Shown: positions 10,394 through 21,515, numbered from the stretch's first letter. The stretch is 64,000 nucleotides of DNA from Nitrosopumilus sp. (GCA_965224195.1 OZ245040.1:64001-128000), one strand, 5' to 3'. Numbers and translations: made by a program. The notes: generated by a model from the letters alone, not told the origin.

Positions 10394-11149
10394 TTGGCAA
10401 AAAGATCAATACCAAAAGGAGTAGTAAAAGACGTCATAATTGTCGCAGTAGGGGTTTTAGTAATTTGGATTGGTCTACAAGTAGCATTCGGAACACAAAA
10501 CCCATTCTATGTTGTTGCAAGTGGAAGTATGATTCCAGTTTTAGAAGTATATGATGTTTTGATAGTTTCAGGTCATGAACCTTTTGAAGAAATTGAGATA
10601 GGAAATATCATAGTGTTTAATCGGCCTTCAGATCATAATAGAGTGATTGTTCATAGAGTAGCGTCAATTATGGAAGATGATCCTAAAACAATTCGAACTA
10701 AAGGAGATGCAAATCCAGCATCAATTCCAGGAACTGACTTTCCAATTACAAATGAAGAATATATTGGAAAAGTAGCATATACACTTCCTCAAGTAGGATA
10801 TATCACACAATTACTCAAACCACCAATCAACTATGTCATTATTGCAATTGTAATTGGGATTATGATCATAAAGCAATTTGTAAAAAAGAAGAATGAAAAG
10901 GAATTACCATCTACTGATCCAATAGATTCAGTTAATCCTGATACTATAGAGGAATTATCAGATATTGATAAGATTGAAAAGGATTCAGAACATGTAGAAA
11001 AAACTGAAGATGTTGCAGAATTAGATGACACTGATGAGCCAGAAAATCAAACAAAAATAGAAGAGATTGATGAAACATTTGAAGGAATTGAAGATTCTAT
11101 TGATGATAAAATAGAATCAAAAGAAAATAAAGATCCAAAAAAGAAATAA
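10394..11149 (+). CDS. Signal peptidase I (archaeal Sec11 type) with acidic tail
   Basis: VVASGSMIP, IVHRV and TKGDAN motifs. Confidence 0.9.
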   Translation: MAKRSIPKGVVKDVIIVAVGVLVIWIGLQVAFGTQNPFYVVASGSMIPVLEVYDVLIVSGHEPFEEIEIGNIIVFNRPSDHNRVIVHRVASIMEDDPKTIRTKGDANPASIPGTDFPITNEEYIGKVAYTLPQVGYITQLLKPPINYVIIAIVIGIMIIKQFVKKKNEKELPSTDPIDSVNPDTIEELSDIDKIEKDSEHVEKTEDVAELDDTDEPENQTKIEEIDETFEGIEDSIDDKIESKENKDPKKK

Positions 11150-11346
11150 AAATAATACTAATTTTTAAAGAGATTCAGGCAAACAGGTTCACATATGCAT
11201 ATGGCAGGAGCAATAGATCGTCCTGCTTGCTTGGTAGTATAATTATGTCAAATTTATTAAAAAAGGATCCTGAGAAATCATAAGTTTCAAGAGTAGAATT
11301 GTTTATGAAGTATCTAAAAATGAATTTAGATTATTTAAAATAATTT

Positions 11347-12873
11347 CTATAGAACAGAATCTTTTGTTTTGAAAACTCGCTTAAAGTAATCAGATGGCTC
11401 GTTTGGTTCTTCAATATCGTTTGTAATACCAGCAAGATTCTTGGCCAAGTTCTTTTTGTAACCTACTTGCATTTGTCTTTGAATCTGGATTCTTTGAGCC
11501 TGTGGTGAGCCGGCACCATGCATAGATTCTGTAAGATATCCTACTGAATTTCTACCCAAAGTCATGTTTTCAATTAATCTTAAAATTCGCATTCTGTTTT
11601 CTACATCTACTCCTTTTCTTCCAACAAGATATTTTTTGAGCATTGGTCCTGCTTCTGGATGTCTAAAGTCCTTCTCAGAAGGTAATGTAACCATTAATCC
11701 ACCTGCAATATCTTGTGCTAGTCTACTAATCTCATATGGGAATCGAGTAACATTATGTTTACAAACTTGTGCAAGCATGTCATCATTTAAGAAAACACCA
11801 GACTTCATTTGATGTCCTTGATGAGAAGATGCAATACCTGCAGCAAATATTGTTTCATTAAGATGAGTCATCTCAATAATTTTATCTTTAATGTGGGAAA
11901 CTTTTGGAATACCATTATAATCAGCGATTGTTGCTGCTGCACCAATCAATACATCCCCTAGACCTGTTTTACATACATAACTACGTCTATGATAACATGT
12001 GAATCTCTCTACAAGCATAGATGCAAATTCAAATTCACCGTTCATGAAAATTTTATCCCATGGAATAAATACATTATCTAAAATCATCAAGGCTTCTTGT
12101 CCGCCAAACTTTGCATTACCATCATCAATGTCACCATCTTCCATACTTCTTGTGTCACAAGATTGTCTACCGTAAATGTAAGTGATACCTTTTACGTCTG
12201 CAGGAACTGCTCCAACAATTGCCCAGTCTTTATCAGATTCTGTTAATCTAATTGTCGGCATTAAGATAATCCAATGAGAGTTAATGCAACCAGTTTGGTG
12301 TGCCTTTGCACCTGAAACATAGACTCCATTTTCATCAGTATTTACAATTCTTGTAAATAAATCAGGATCGTCTTGTTCTGCAGGTCCTTTACTTCTATCT
12401 CCTTTAGGATCAGTCATGGCACCTCCGATTACTAGGTTTTTTTGCTGTACCATTTTGACAAATTCTAAAAATCGTTTATGATAATCGGTTCCATGTTTTT
12501 CATCAATTTCAAATGTAGTAGAGTGTAAAGAATTCATTGCATCCATTCCCACACATCTTTGGAAACATGTTCCAGTGTTCTGGCCAAGTTTTCTTTGCAT
12601 TTTATTTTGTAAAACTAAATCTTCTGCACTCTCTGCAATGTGTAAAAATCGATTAACTTTCAATCCAGTAATCGATGAATCAGCAGAAGCTAATGTTTCT
12701 TCACGTACTGCAAGATCATAAGTTTCGGCTACTGCATTAATTGACGGTCTAATCATTGGATGATCGACTGGTTCTTTTACTAATTCTCCAAAGAGGTAAA
12801 TTTTGAGATCTCGTCCTCTAAGACTTTCGATATAATCATTTCCAGTTCTAATTGTCTTTAAGACATTAGCCAT
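11347..12873 (-). CDS. hcd: 4-hydroxybutyryl-CoA dehydratase (HP/HB cycle)
   Basis: CFQRCVGMDA Fe-S motif, GAMTDPKGDRS, HRRSYVCK and ESMHGAGSPQAQ. Confidence 0.93.
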   Translation of the reverse strand: MANVLKTIRTGNDYIESLRGRDLKIYLFGELVKEPVDHPMIRPSINAVAETYDLAVREETLASADSSITGLKVNRFLHIAESAEDLVLQNKMQRKLGQNTGTCFQRCVGMDAMNSLHSTTFEIDEKHGTDYHKRFLEFVKMVQQKNLVIGGAMTDPKGDRSKGPAEQDDPDLFTRIVNTDENGVYVSGAKAHQTGCINSHWIILMPTIRLTESDKDWAIVGAVPADVKGITYIYGRQSCDTRSMEDGDIDDGNAKFGGQEALMILDNVFIPWDKIFMNGEFEFASMLVERFTCYHRRSYVCKTGLGDVLIGAAATIADYNGIPKVSHIKDKIIEMTHLNETIFAAGIASSHQGHQMKSGVFLNDDMLAQVCKHNVTRFPYEISRLAQDIAGGLMVTLPSEKDFRHPEAGPMLKKYLVGRKGVDVENRMRILRLIENMTLGRNSVGYLTESMHGAGSPQAQRIQIQRQMQVGYKKNLAKNLAGITNDIEEPNEPSDYFKRVFKTKDSVL

Positions 12874-12946
12874 GCAACATTATTCATCTTGAAGTTGTAT
12901 AAATATTCTAAATTAGTTCAAGCTAAATTCTAGGAATGAATTACGA

Positions 12947-15043
12947 TCAGAGACCTATTCGTACATCAAGAATTTTACAACCCTTGCCTTTTTCCATTAC
13001 AAGGACTGGATTCATATCTAATTCTTTGATCTCTTTAAAGTCTGAAACTAGTTGAGACAATCTCTGAATACATTCAGAAAGTTTTGCAATGTCTGATGGT
13101 TTTTCACCCCTAACACCTTGTAGTAATTTTTGAGTTTTAATTGATGCAATCATGTCATCAGCTTCTAGATTAGTTACTGGTGCAAGTTTGAATGTTACAT
13201 CTTTGAGAACTTCAACATAGATTCCTCCCATTCCAAGCATGATAACAGGGCCAAATCCAGGTTCTAGTTTTGAGCCTATAATGAGTTCTTTTCCACCTTT
13301 TACCATCTCTACAATTAGAACACCTTTGATCTCAGCTTTCTTGTTGTAACTTTTAGCGTTTTTAATTATAGTTTTGAATGCAGATTTAATCTCTGCATCA
13401 TTCGTCAAGTTTACTTTAACACCACCTGCATCAGATTTGTGAATAATTTGTGGAGATGCAATTTTCATCACAACAGGATAACCGATTTTCTTTGCAATTT
13501 TTACTGCTTCTGTTTCTGATGTTGCAAGTGCACTCTTTGGTAATGGTAATCCATAAGCTTTGAGAACTTCTTGTCCTTCTTCCTCTAATAGATTAGGTCT
13601 TTTTTCACTTTTGACTTTGTCAAAAATTTTCTGAGCTTTGACTTTGTTTACTTTGAATTTAGTTATTTTTCCATTTGGTGCTTTAATCCAGTTTGAAAAC
13701 TTGATCATTGCAGAAAGAGTTCTGATTGCACCTTCTGCATAATTATAATATGGAACATTACCCTTTGCTAAAATTTCTCTATTTGTAATTCCCTCATCTA
13801 ATCCCATTAAACTTGCAAGCATTGTTTTTTTGTATTTTTTAGACATGGTTACAATTACTTCAGCTAATTTATCATAATCTAATGTTCCTGATGGTGTACA
13901 CATTGAGATAACAGAACCAACTTTTGGATGTGCCAATACACGATCTAAAACATTATGGAATCTATTAAAATCAGCATCACCTACAATATCAACTGGATTT
14001 GCAGAGCTTCCCCAAGGAGGAATTACTGTATCAATTTTTTTCCTTACACTTGTGATATCTGCCATCTTAATTTTCATCTTGGAACATGCGTCAGTTGAAA
14101 TAATTGCAGGTCCTCCAGCATTTGAAACAATTACCAAGTCACCTCCTGTTGGAAGTGGTTGTTTTGAAAATGCAGTTGCATAATCAAAGAGTTCCTCCAT
14201 TGTATCAACTCGAATTGCACCTGATTGTTTTAGTAAAGCATCATAGATTTCATCTGATCCCATCAAGGCTCCAGTGTGAGACATTGCAGCTTTTGCACCT
14301 TCTGGACTACGTCCAGATTTTAGTACAAGTACTGGTTTTTTGAGTTTTTTAGTAATATTTTTGCAAACTTTAAGGAATTCTTGACCATTACCCATATCTT
14401 CAAGATACATGACAATAACTTCTGTTTGTTTATGATTTGCAAGAATTTTTAGGATATCAACTTCGCTCATTACAGCTTTGTTTCCAAGACTAACTACTGC
14501 AGAGAATCCAATTCCCTGAGCACTTGCATCTTCAACTAATGCTGCACATATTGCACCACTTTGTGATACAAGAGCAATTTTTCCAGACTTTGGTGTGATT
14601 TTAAGGAAAGTAGAATTCATCATGGTTTTCGGATCAAGATTCATGACACCAAGACAGTTAGGTCCAATGATTTGGATTTTGTATTTTTTAGCTATGTCTT
14701 TAATTTCTTGTTCACACTTAGCTCCTTCCTCATCAACTTCTTTGAAACCTGCTGTGATAATTATAACACCTTTGATTTTTTTCTTTCCACATTCTTCTAA
14801 CACCGATGCAACTAAGGTATTTTTGATTACTATAACTGCAAGATCAATTGACTTTGAAACATCTAAAACAGTTTTATATGCTTTTTTATAAAATACAGTA
14901 TCTCTAGATGGACTAATTGGATATACGGTTCCTTTGAAACCATTCATAATGTTTGATGTAATCGTAGCACCAACACTTCCTCTCTTATCAGATGCACCAA
15001 TTACTGCAATAGATTTTGGTGATAGGATAACAGATTCTGCCAT
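12947..15043 (-). CDS. ADP-forming acyl-CoA synthetase, probably 4-hydroxybutyryl-CoA synthetase
   Basis: CoA-binding domain, GPNCLG, SQSGA, SHTG phospho-His and ATP-grasp HKSDAGGV; adjacent to hcd. Confidence 0.88.
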   Translation of the reverse strand: MAESVILSPKSIAVIGASDKRGSVGATITSNIMNGFKGTVYPISPSRDTVFYKKAYKTVLDVSKSIDLAVIVIKNTLVASVLEECGKKKIKGVIIITAGFKEVDEEGAKCEQEIKDIAKKYKIQIIGPNCLGVMNLDPKTMMNSTFLKITPKSGKIALVSQSGAICAALVEDASAQGIGFSAVVSLGNKAVMSEVDILKILANHKQTEVIVMYLEDMGNGQEFLKVCKNITKKLKKPVLVLKSGRSPEGAKAAMSHTGALMGSDEIYDALLKQSGAIRVDTMEELFDYATAFSKQPLPTGGDLVIVSNAGGPAIISTDACSKMKIKMADITSVRKKIDTVIPPWGSSANPVDIVGDADFNRFHNVLDRVLAHPKVGSVISMCTPSGTLDYDKLAEVIVTMSKKYKKTMLASLMGLDEGITNREILAKGNVPYYNYAEGAIRTLSAMIKFSNWIKAPNGKITKFKVNKVKAQKIFDKVKSEKRPNLLEEEGQEVLKAYGLPLPKSALATSETEAVKIAKKIGYPVVMKIASPQIIHKSDAGGVKVNLTNDAEIKSAFKTIIKNAKSYNKKAEIKGVLIVEMVKGGKELIIGSKLEPGFGPVIMLGMGGIYVEVLKDVTFKLAPVTNLEADDMIASIKTQKLLQGVRGEKPSDIAKLSECIQRLSQLVSDFKEIKELDMNPVLVMEKGKGCKILDVRIGL

Positions 15044-15106
15044 AATAAATTCAATATGAGATTTTGTATAATAAAGTTATTCTCGAAAATTTCTGATCTC
15101 TAATTT

Positions 15107-15463
15107 TTAGCTTCCCAGCATTTTTCCAGCCAAGTTCTCTTTTCTTGGAACCCAAACAATGGATAGATTAGAAAACTTTCCAATAATTCCCCATGCTTCT
15201 CTAGCCAGATTTCTTAGTGCTTCATTATTTATCGCAAATTCATGATTTAGTTGGTTTACTGTGTTCTTTGAATCACTATAAATTATAATTTCATCACTTG
15301 AATCAACATATTTGTTTAATGCAGAAATTATTGCTAAATATTCTGCCTGATTATTTGTTAAATCTGATTTTTTTTCATAAAAAGATTCTCCTGTTTCTTT
15401 AACAAAATACCCATATCCACTATTTGGTCCACCAGAACCATCAACGTAAATACTAATTCCCAT
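15107..15463 (-). CDS. rnhA: Ribonuclease HI-like protein
   Basis: YVDGS, TNNQAEY, SDS and WVPRKEN motifs. Confidence 0.82.
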   Translation of the reverse strand: MGISIYVDGSGGPNSGYGYFVKETGESFYEKKSDLTNNQAEYLAIISALNKYVDSSDEIIIYSDSKNTVNQLNHEFAINNEALRNLAREAWGIIGKFSNLSIVWVPRKENLAGKMLGS

Positions 15464-15896
15464 CTTTATACAACCTTGTTATCTTCACAGTTAGATTTAG
15501 TACTATCATGTAAATAATTGTAGATATTCCTTGCGATACAATTGATGCTAAATAAGGATCATAATTTATTGTCAAAAAGTAATATTGTAATGCCCATCTA
15601 GCTATGGTATAAACAACTTCAGCAATTCCTAGTGAAGTAATTAATTTTTTTAAATCTTGTTTTAGTTTTACAGTATCTGTCTCACCAGATTCTAATTGAT
15701 ATTTTTTTCGGTTATCTAGATAAAATAAGCTACTAAAAACTGAAAAATAAATCACATAATCCGCAATTGTAATATATGTTGTGTTGAGAATATCATCTTG
15801 ATCAGATAAAATTTGAGCTATAACAGCTGAAATAATTATCGATGCTGTAAATGCTATGAGAATATTTTTGTTTAATTTTAGATATTCTTGTAACAC
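15453..15896 (-). CDS. Hypothetical membrane protein (about 4 TM)
   Basis: Hydrophobic segments; overlaps the RNase H start. Confidence 0.6.
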   Translation of the reverse strand: MLQEYLKLNKNILIAFTASIIISAVIAQILSDQDDILNTTYITIADYVIYFSVFSSLFYLDNRKKYQLESGETDTVKLKQDLKKLITSLGIAEVVYTIARWALQYYFLTINYDPYLASIVSQGISTIIYMIVLNLTVKITRLYKDGN

Positions 15897-15931
15897 GTAA
15901 TTGATTCTTGGTTGTTACAAATAAACTAAGA

Positions 15932-16216
15932 TTAATCCAAAGTAATTTTCAAAAATATTATTAATCCTGCAAGTTCTGCAATTCCTACTCCTAACATGTA
16001 TGGAAATATTTCATGTGAGAAAATCTCCTCCATGGAAAAATAAGCTAATGCACCAATTACATTATGCAAAAACAACATTCCTGCAACAACTATCATGCCT
16101 AACGGAAGTTGGGCTCTAGTATTTCCATACATTTTTCCAAATATACAGATTAAAATTCCAAGTATACCCATATTGGCAATTGAAACAATAGATAAGACTA
16201 GAGAAGTAGATTCCAT
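15932..16216 (-). CDS. Small membrane protein (3 TM)
   Basis: Hydrophobic 94 aa ORF behind the ArsR-like gene. Confidence 0.65.
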   Translation of the reverse strand: MESTSLVLSIVSIANMGILGILICIFGKMYGNTRAQLPLGMIVVAGMLFLHNVIGALAYFSMEEIFSHEIFPYMLGVGIAELAGLIIFLKITLD

Positions 16217-16241
16217 TTAGTGTGAAACACCTCTAAAGCTT

Positions 16242-16544
16242 TTATTTACTTTTATCCAATTTTCCTTCAATTTCTTCAAATGCCTCCATATTGACTTCAA
16301 GATAGGTTGAGATAAAATAAGTCACATTGTATTTTTCTCCAATTTTAGTAATCATGTTATTTTTTTCTAATACCCGGATATGATGCTGAATTGCCTTGTA
16401 ATCAAGACCCATTTCCTTTGCTAATTGATTTATGTTAAATGGGTTTTCCTTTAATTTAGAAATTATTTTTAATCGATTTAATCCACCTCGAGAACCTACA
16501 AATACAAACCACAGGAGTCTTTTTGCGTCAGAATCATTGGCCAT
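16242..16544 (-). CDS. ArsR-like winged-helix transcriptional regulator
   Basis: GSRGGLNRLKII...NINQLAKEMGLDYKAIQHHIRVLEKNN. Confidence 0.85.
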   Translation of the reverse strand: MANDSDAKRLLWFVFVGSRGGLNRLKIISKLKENPFNINQLAKEMGLDYKAIQHHIRVLEKNNMITKIGEKYNVTYFISTYLEVNMEAFEEIEGKLDKSK

Positions 16545-16629
16545 AAGTTATAAAATTACTCCTCATTTACTACTAAAAGGTATTCTGAGATAAGTAGAAA
16601 GTATAAAAAACATAATCAAACAAATTTGA

Positions 16630-17523
16630 ATGAACAAAAAAATGATGTTAAACTATGATGCACCTCTGTATAGACCCCCATCAGAAGCTAGATCTTTAAT
16701 TTTCCAAGTAACATTAGGTTGTTCATTTAACGAATGCTCGTTTTGTGATATGTATAGATCAAAAGAATATTCTGAAAGACAATGGGAAGATGTGAAAGCA
16801 GAAATTGACATGATGGCAGGTTATCTACCAGATACAAGACGGGTATTCCTTGCAGATGGTGATGCATTAAATCTTGATTCAGAGTATATGATTAAAATTG
16901 TAAAGTACATTAGAGAAAAATTTCAAAACATTGAAAGAATTTCATGTTACGCAATGCCTATGAATATTCTAAAAAAAACATCTGAGGAGTTAAAGAAAAT
17001 GAATGAAGCAGGGCTTGATATGTTCTATCTAGGGATTGAAAGTGGATCAGATATTGTTCTAAAAAAAATAACTAAAGGGGCAATAGGTAAAACAATTATC
17101 AAATCAGTGAACAAAGCAAAAGAGGCTGGATATGTAATGTCATGTATGGTAATTTTAGGACTAGGTGGGAAAAAATATTCTAATGATCATATTAAAGGTA
17201 CTGCTGAAGTAATTAGTGCTTGTTCGCCCCATTATGTTGGCGCCTTAACTCTCTATCTAGAAAATGGAATCAAACAAGAATTTATCGATAAATACGAAGG
17301 AGAGTTTACCAAAATTGATGATGATGAGTCATTAGAAGAGCTATATGATTTGGTAAATCAAATTGAAACCAAGGAAGAAATTATTTTTAGAGTAAATCAT
17401 GGTTCTAATGCATATACTGTCAAAGGTACTTTTCCTCAAAACAAACAAGATATGTTAGATAAAGTAGAATGGATGAAACAACACCCAGAAACTGTACGTC
17501 CAGAAGGATTACGTGGATTCTAA
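16630..17523 (+). CDS. Radical SAM protein
   Basis: YRPPSEA, GCSFNECSFC (CxxxCxxC), FLADGDAL and GIESGSD. Confidence 0.88.
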   Translation: MNKKMMLNYDAPLYRPPSEARSLIFQVTLGCSFNECSFCDMYRSKEYSERQWEDVKAEIDMMAGYLPDTRRVFLADGDALNLDSEYMIKIVKYIREKFQNIERISCYAMPMNILKKTSEELKKMNEAGLDMFYLGIESGSDIVLKKITKGAIGKTIIKSVNKAKEAGYVMSCMVILGLGGKKYSNDHIKGTAEVISACSPHYVGALTLYLENGIKQEFIDKYEGEFTKIDDDESLEELYDLVNQIETKEEIIFRVNHGSNAYTVKGTFPQNKQDMLDKVEWMKQHPETVRPEGLRGF

Positions 17524-17972
17524 ATTAGATTTTCTTGATACAAGTATACTACCTTGAAGATTTTTACTGAATAATCACCATCAAAGATTTTACTAGATAC
17601 ACCGTTTTCAGATTTTAAAACTCTAAACTTGTACTCGTAATTACCATTTGAATTCACATCAGTTTGAGCAAAATGAACAGCATCATCTTCTTTGAATATT
17701 TGAATTATTACAGGATAACCCTCAACATGATTTGCAATCTTTCCTTCAACAAATGCCCATGGTAAAGTATTATCTTTCAAAGAATGGAAAAATATTGTTG
17801 ATTTTTCAAGTGCAATATTTCCACCTAGTGGAACAATTTTAGTTTGAGATTCATGAGTGTGTCCATTAATTAGAACATGGCCTGAATGTGGATGTGCAAA
17901 AGCAGAATCTATAGAAAATGTCAATAGAAATGTCAAAATCAAAAAACTTAAAAATAAAACAAACTTGTTCAT
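17520..17972 (-). CDS. Secreted hypothetical protein with His-rich mature N-terminus
   Basis: Signal peptide ending AFA, followed by HPHSGH...GHTH. Confidence 0.65.
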   Translation of the reverse strand: MNKFVLFLSFLILTFLLTFSIDSAFAHPHSGHVLINGHTHESQTKIVPLGGNIALEKSTIFFHSLKDNTLPWAFVEGKIANHVEGYPVIIQIFKEDDAVHFAQTDVNSNGNYEYKFRVLKSENGVSSKIFDGDYSVKIFKVVYLYQENLI

Positions 17973-18012
17973 ATCAGAATCAAGAAATACGAGTAATTTA
18001 AGAATTCTTCAT

Positions 18013-18273
18013 CTAAAGAGTTTCAATTATAGATTTTAGATTTTCAGGTAAATCTGGTAATTCAGTGTGACTTTCATTATTTTGGAGATTTTCAGGACCT
18101 ATTCTTCCAACTCGTTGAGTTCCAAGAAGCGTATCAATATTTCTTTGAATATCTTTTTCAGATAGAATGGCTTTTAATTTTTCTGTAACAATTGCTTCAT
18201 TTTCATATTTTTTAATCCCGTATTGAACAAGAATAGTTTTTTCTTCAAATGAAAACTCTGTCATGTTTTTCAA
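18013..18273 (-). CDS. Hypothetical protein
   Basis: 86 aa ORF with host-like composition. Confidence 0.55.
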   Translation of the reverse strand: MKNMTEFSFEEKTILVQYGIKKYENEAIVTEKLKAILSEKDIQRNIDTLLGTQRVGRIGPENLQNNESHTELPDLPENLKSIIETL

Positions 18274-18321
18274 GAGTAGTTTATGGCTAATAGTCTTTGA
18301 TTAGTCAAAGATAGTTAAAAT

Positions 18322-18837
18322 ATGATGAATTGTGAATTGACTTACTTGACAGGTAAATTACAATTAATTTCAAATGTGTTAACAACAAAAAGATATGCCA
18401 CTATTGCAATAATTAGTGGTGCAGGATTAGGAATAATTTATTATTTTTTAACAATGTCAATGCTACCATCTCACTTGAATACTACAATGGAAATAATGCC
18501 TTACTACATTTTAGCATCAATTGGATTAACAATAGGAATTTCAGCACTAGCTGGAATCAATTTTGCAATGATGGCATTTAAGATAAAGAGAATGAAGATG
18601 ATGAATTCTGTAAAAACAAATTCAACAGCCGTATTAGGTGGGGCATTTGCAACATTCACTCCAGGTTGTCCAGCATGCACTGCACCTTTAGCAGTAATTT
18701 TAGGCGCAGTTGGAGGATTATCATTATTCCCAATGCAGGGATTGGAATTAAAATTCATTTCAGTAGGAGTTTTGATTTTCTCAATTTGGTGGATTGCAAG
18801 AGGACTACAAAGTAAAAGCTGTTGTAAAATAGGATAA
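18322..18837 (+). CDS. Membrane protein with GCPAC motif
   Basis: About 4 TM segments, intramembrane CxxC, C-terminal CC. Confidence 0.65.
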   Translation: MMNCELTYLTGKLQLISNVLTTKRYATIAIISGAGLGIIYYFLTMSMLPSHLNTTMEIMPYYILASIGLTIGISALAGINFAMMAFKIKRMKMMNSVKTNSTAVLGGAFATFTPGCPACTAPLAVILGAVGGLSLFPMQGLELKFISVGVLIFSIWWIARGLQSKSCCKIG

Positions 18838-18893
18838 AATAGCCCACAAGGATCACCTACTAGTTTGGGGATAGAATGGACGCAGATAGATGA

Positions 18894-19052
18894 CTATGAA
18901 CTAATTTTGGCAATATGGGTAGTATCATTATTAATTGCCTCTAGTAATTTTCTTTCAAGATCTTCCATATGGGAATCCCTGCAAGATTGAGAACAAAATT
19001 TTGAATTATTTTCTTTGAAATAATGTTTGCAAGAGACACAAACTAATTTCAT
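18894..19052 (-). CDS. Small Cys-rich (Zn-finger-like) protein
   Basis: MKLVCVSCKHY...KFCSQSC; its ATG overlaps the true NDH-2 stop (ATGA). The ORF track fuses it to NDH-2. Confidence 0.5.
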   Translation of the reverse strand: MKLVCVSCKHYFKENNSKFCSQSCRDSHMEDLERKLLEAINNDTTHIAKISS

Positions 19053-19900
19053 AATTTTGTAATATCTCGAGTAAAAAAAAGATCTACAAACCAATCTAAT
19101 CCGTTTTTCCATTACTGGAAGAGTTGACAAATAGTATTGCTTCCATACAAACCAAGCTGTAAATCCAGTTAGATTAATTCCTAACATTTTTGCAACACCA
19201 TCACGCTTACCAATCTTTGCCATGGAACCTTTTGATGAATAATCAAAAATAGTAAAGTAATTATTTCCACGAACTGTAGATATCAAATTTTTAGAGACAG
19301 TTTTTGCTTCTCTTATTGCATGTTGAGCAGTTGGAGGATATGGTTTGCCAGTGGAATCCAAAATAAATGCACAGTCACCTAAAGCAAACACATTAGAATA
19401 TTTTGGCAATCTAAGATATTGATCAACTATAATTCGACCAGATTTATCATGTTCAGTATCAAGAGACTTGACAAAACCTTGAGATTGATTTCCTCCAGCC
19501 CATATTAACATGGAATAATATAATGATGAATTATCACTTAAAGAAACATCAGAAGAGCTTGCATCAATAACTTTAGTATTGTAAAGTATTTTTACACCAG
19601 ATTTTTCTAATGACTTTGCAGCATATTTTCCAAGTATTCCAATTTCAGGTAAAATATGATCTCTTGCAGCAATCAGATTTATTTGAATAGAATCAGATTC
19701 AATATTTCGATAATATTTCTCTGCAGATTCTCTAATGAATTCATTAATTTCGCCTGCGGTTTCAACTCCTGAAAAACCACCTCCAACTATAACAAATGAC
19801 AAAAATTGAGCCTGATTTACAATTTCTTGTTGATCAGCTAACTCGAGTTGGGTAATAATCTGATTTCGGATTAGATTTGCATCCTGTAATGATTTTATTG
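19049..19900 (-). pseudogene. Type II NADH dehydrogenase-like FAD oxidoreductase, 5'-truncated and frameshifted
   Basis: VIVGGGFSGVE, FALGDCA and PPTAQHA present; first Rossmann motif missing; small deletion near 19095 puts the terminal DWFVDLFFTRDITKL in another frame. Confidence 0.8.
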
Positions 19901-20052
19901 CTTGAATATATCTATGATCATATGATATGATCGCAATTTAATATAACTGCATTGTATGAATAAGCGATCTAAATTTCTACACTTTTTCTGATCGCATCCG
20001 ATTGCCATAGATATATCAAATCATTTGCTTTTTATATATGTGAAAAAATCAT

Positions 20053-20643
20053 CTACAACCCTCCATCCTCAGAACCCGGAAGGGATACTGCATATACTGC
20101 AAGCGGTACCAATACTGCAATTAATGCTGGAATTGCATATCTGTTTAGCCTCTCTATACTGCGCGATACGCCACCTGCAACAATACCTGCAGTTATACAA
20201 AGCATGATTACAAATGCAAGCACTGGATCATATGAGGATGTCATGGTATCAAATGTAATGGAACTGCCTGCAACTGATGATACAAAAAAAGAGCCTACCC
20301 ATCCAAGTATTACCAAATAATATCCTGCAATTACAGAGATAACCAAGACTGTAAAGACTCCGACATATTTGAACCTGCTTCCAAGCGATGCAAGGCATCC
20401 TATGATGCTTTTCTGATAGTATCTGCCCACTGCAAACTCTAGGGACATGAATATCAGGCCAAATAGAGCAGTAACTACAAAGTAAGGAATTAAAAATGTG
20501 CCACCGCCGTTCTCACCTGCAATATATGGGAACCGCCAAATGTTACCCATACCCACTGCTGAACCAACAGATGCCATAACAAAGCCAGAATTTGTCTTCC
20601 AGTTTTGTATACTCAAAGTTGTCTTGTGGAAAAACTGTATCAT
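20053..20643 (-). pseudogene. SNF/NSS sodium-dependent transporter, N-terminal fragment
   Basis: GSAVGMGNIWRFPY and ENGGGTFLIPY; stops after about 5 TM. Confidence 0.8.
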
Positions 20644-20700
20644 ATTTTAAGACTTTGGATGGTCTTAAAGTATAACCTGTTTTTTGTGTGCTTTTTCTCA

Positions 20701-20976
20701 ATGACCATACAAAATGCGCAAAAAATAATACAGATTGCAATAGAGTACTCGACTAACCTGACAGCAGGTATTGAAAAGCTATCAAAAGACTGGGAAGATG
20801 AGCCACATGGCCCCAAGAATATGGCAGTAACAATCATGTCACTGGTCCAAGACTATACCAGGGTACTAGAGTCAATACAAGCACAGCTTGCTACAAAGTG
20901 CCGACACCCAAAAAAGTATCGCGACAGAACTGGTGATGGTGTATCATATTGCATGAATTGTAATACCACCCTCTAA
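20701..20976 (+). CDS. Small hypothetical protein with C-terminal C/H/CxxC zinc site
   Basis: ATG at 20701; ends KCRHPK...YCMNCN. Confidence 0.45.
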   Translation: MTIQNAQKIIQIAIEYSTNLTAGIEKLSKDWEDEPHGPKNMAVTIMSLVQDYTRVLESIQAQLATKCRHPKKYRDRTGDGVSYCMNCNTTL

Positions 20977-21515
20977 TTTTTTTTATAATGTTTAGAGGAG
21001 ATAATTAATATCAAATGTATTATACTCTAGATGGCTCGTTGTAAAACGCAATAAAGGTTATTTGTTGTTCTGCAAACTCAAAAATTATCACCCAGTTAGT
21101 TTCCTTGAATTTTATTTTCTTGTATCTTTTATTTTGACATTGCTGACAATCAGGGATTTGGTTTGAGTTATCTGGTCTGCAATCCATACAGTGTATCTAT
21201 AGATTTTATGTTTGGCAATCTCTGATGCCAGTTGATCAAACTTTAAATTAAAACGTTGAGAATATTGTCAGAGCCGCCTACTCTTCAAAAAAATCACCTA
21301 GTTTAGATTATAATGCAAGTCAGTCACATTTGACAGGTTTAATTTTTTATCAATCTCATACTGTACTACAATATCGTTATCCTTGTCCTCCCAATTGCAA
21401 GTGATTGTAGTAAAATCAATTTCATCTGCCATGTAGTTTTTTGCCTGTAATTTTCTATTTAATATTTACTCTAGCATATTAGCACTCAAAGTTGTAATTA
21501 TCACCTACGACATAC

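Noticed and set aside
18838-18893. GC-rich patch as an IS200/IS605 end
   Set aside because: No convincing hairpin and no tnpA/tnpB nearby.
18894-19802. NDH-2 fused to a zinc finger, as in the ORF track
   Set aside because: The fusion comes from a small deletion near 19095; the true NDH-2 C-terminus is in another frame and the Cys-rich ORF has its own ATG.
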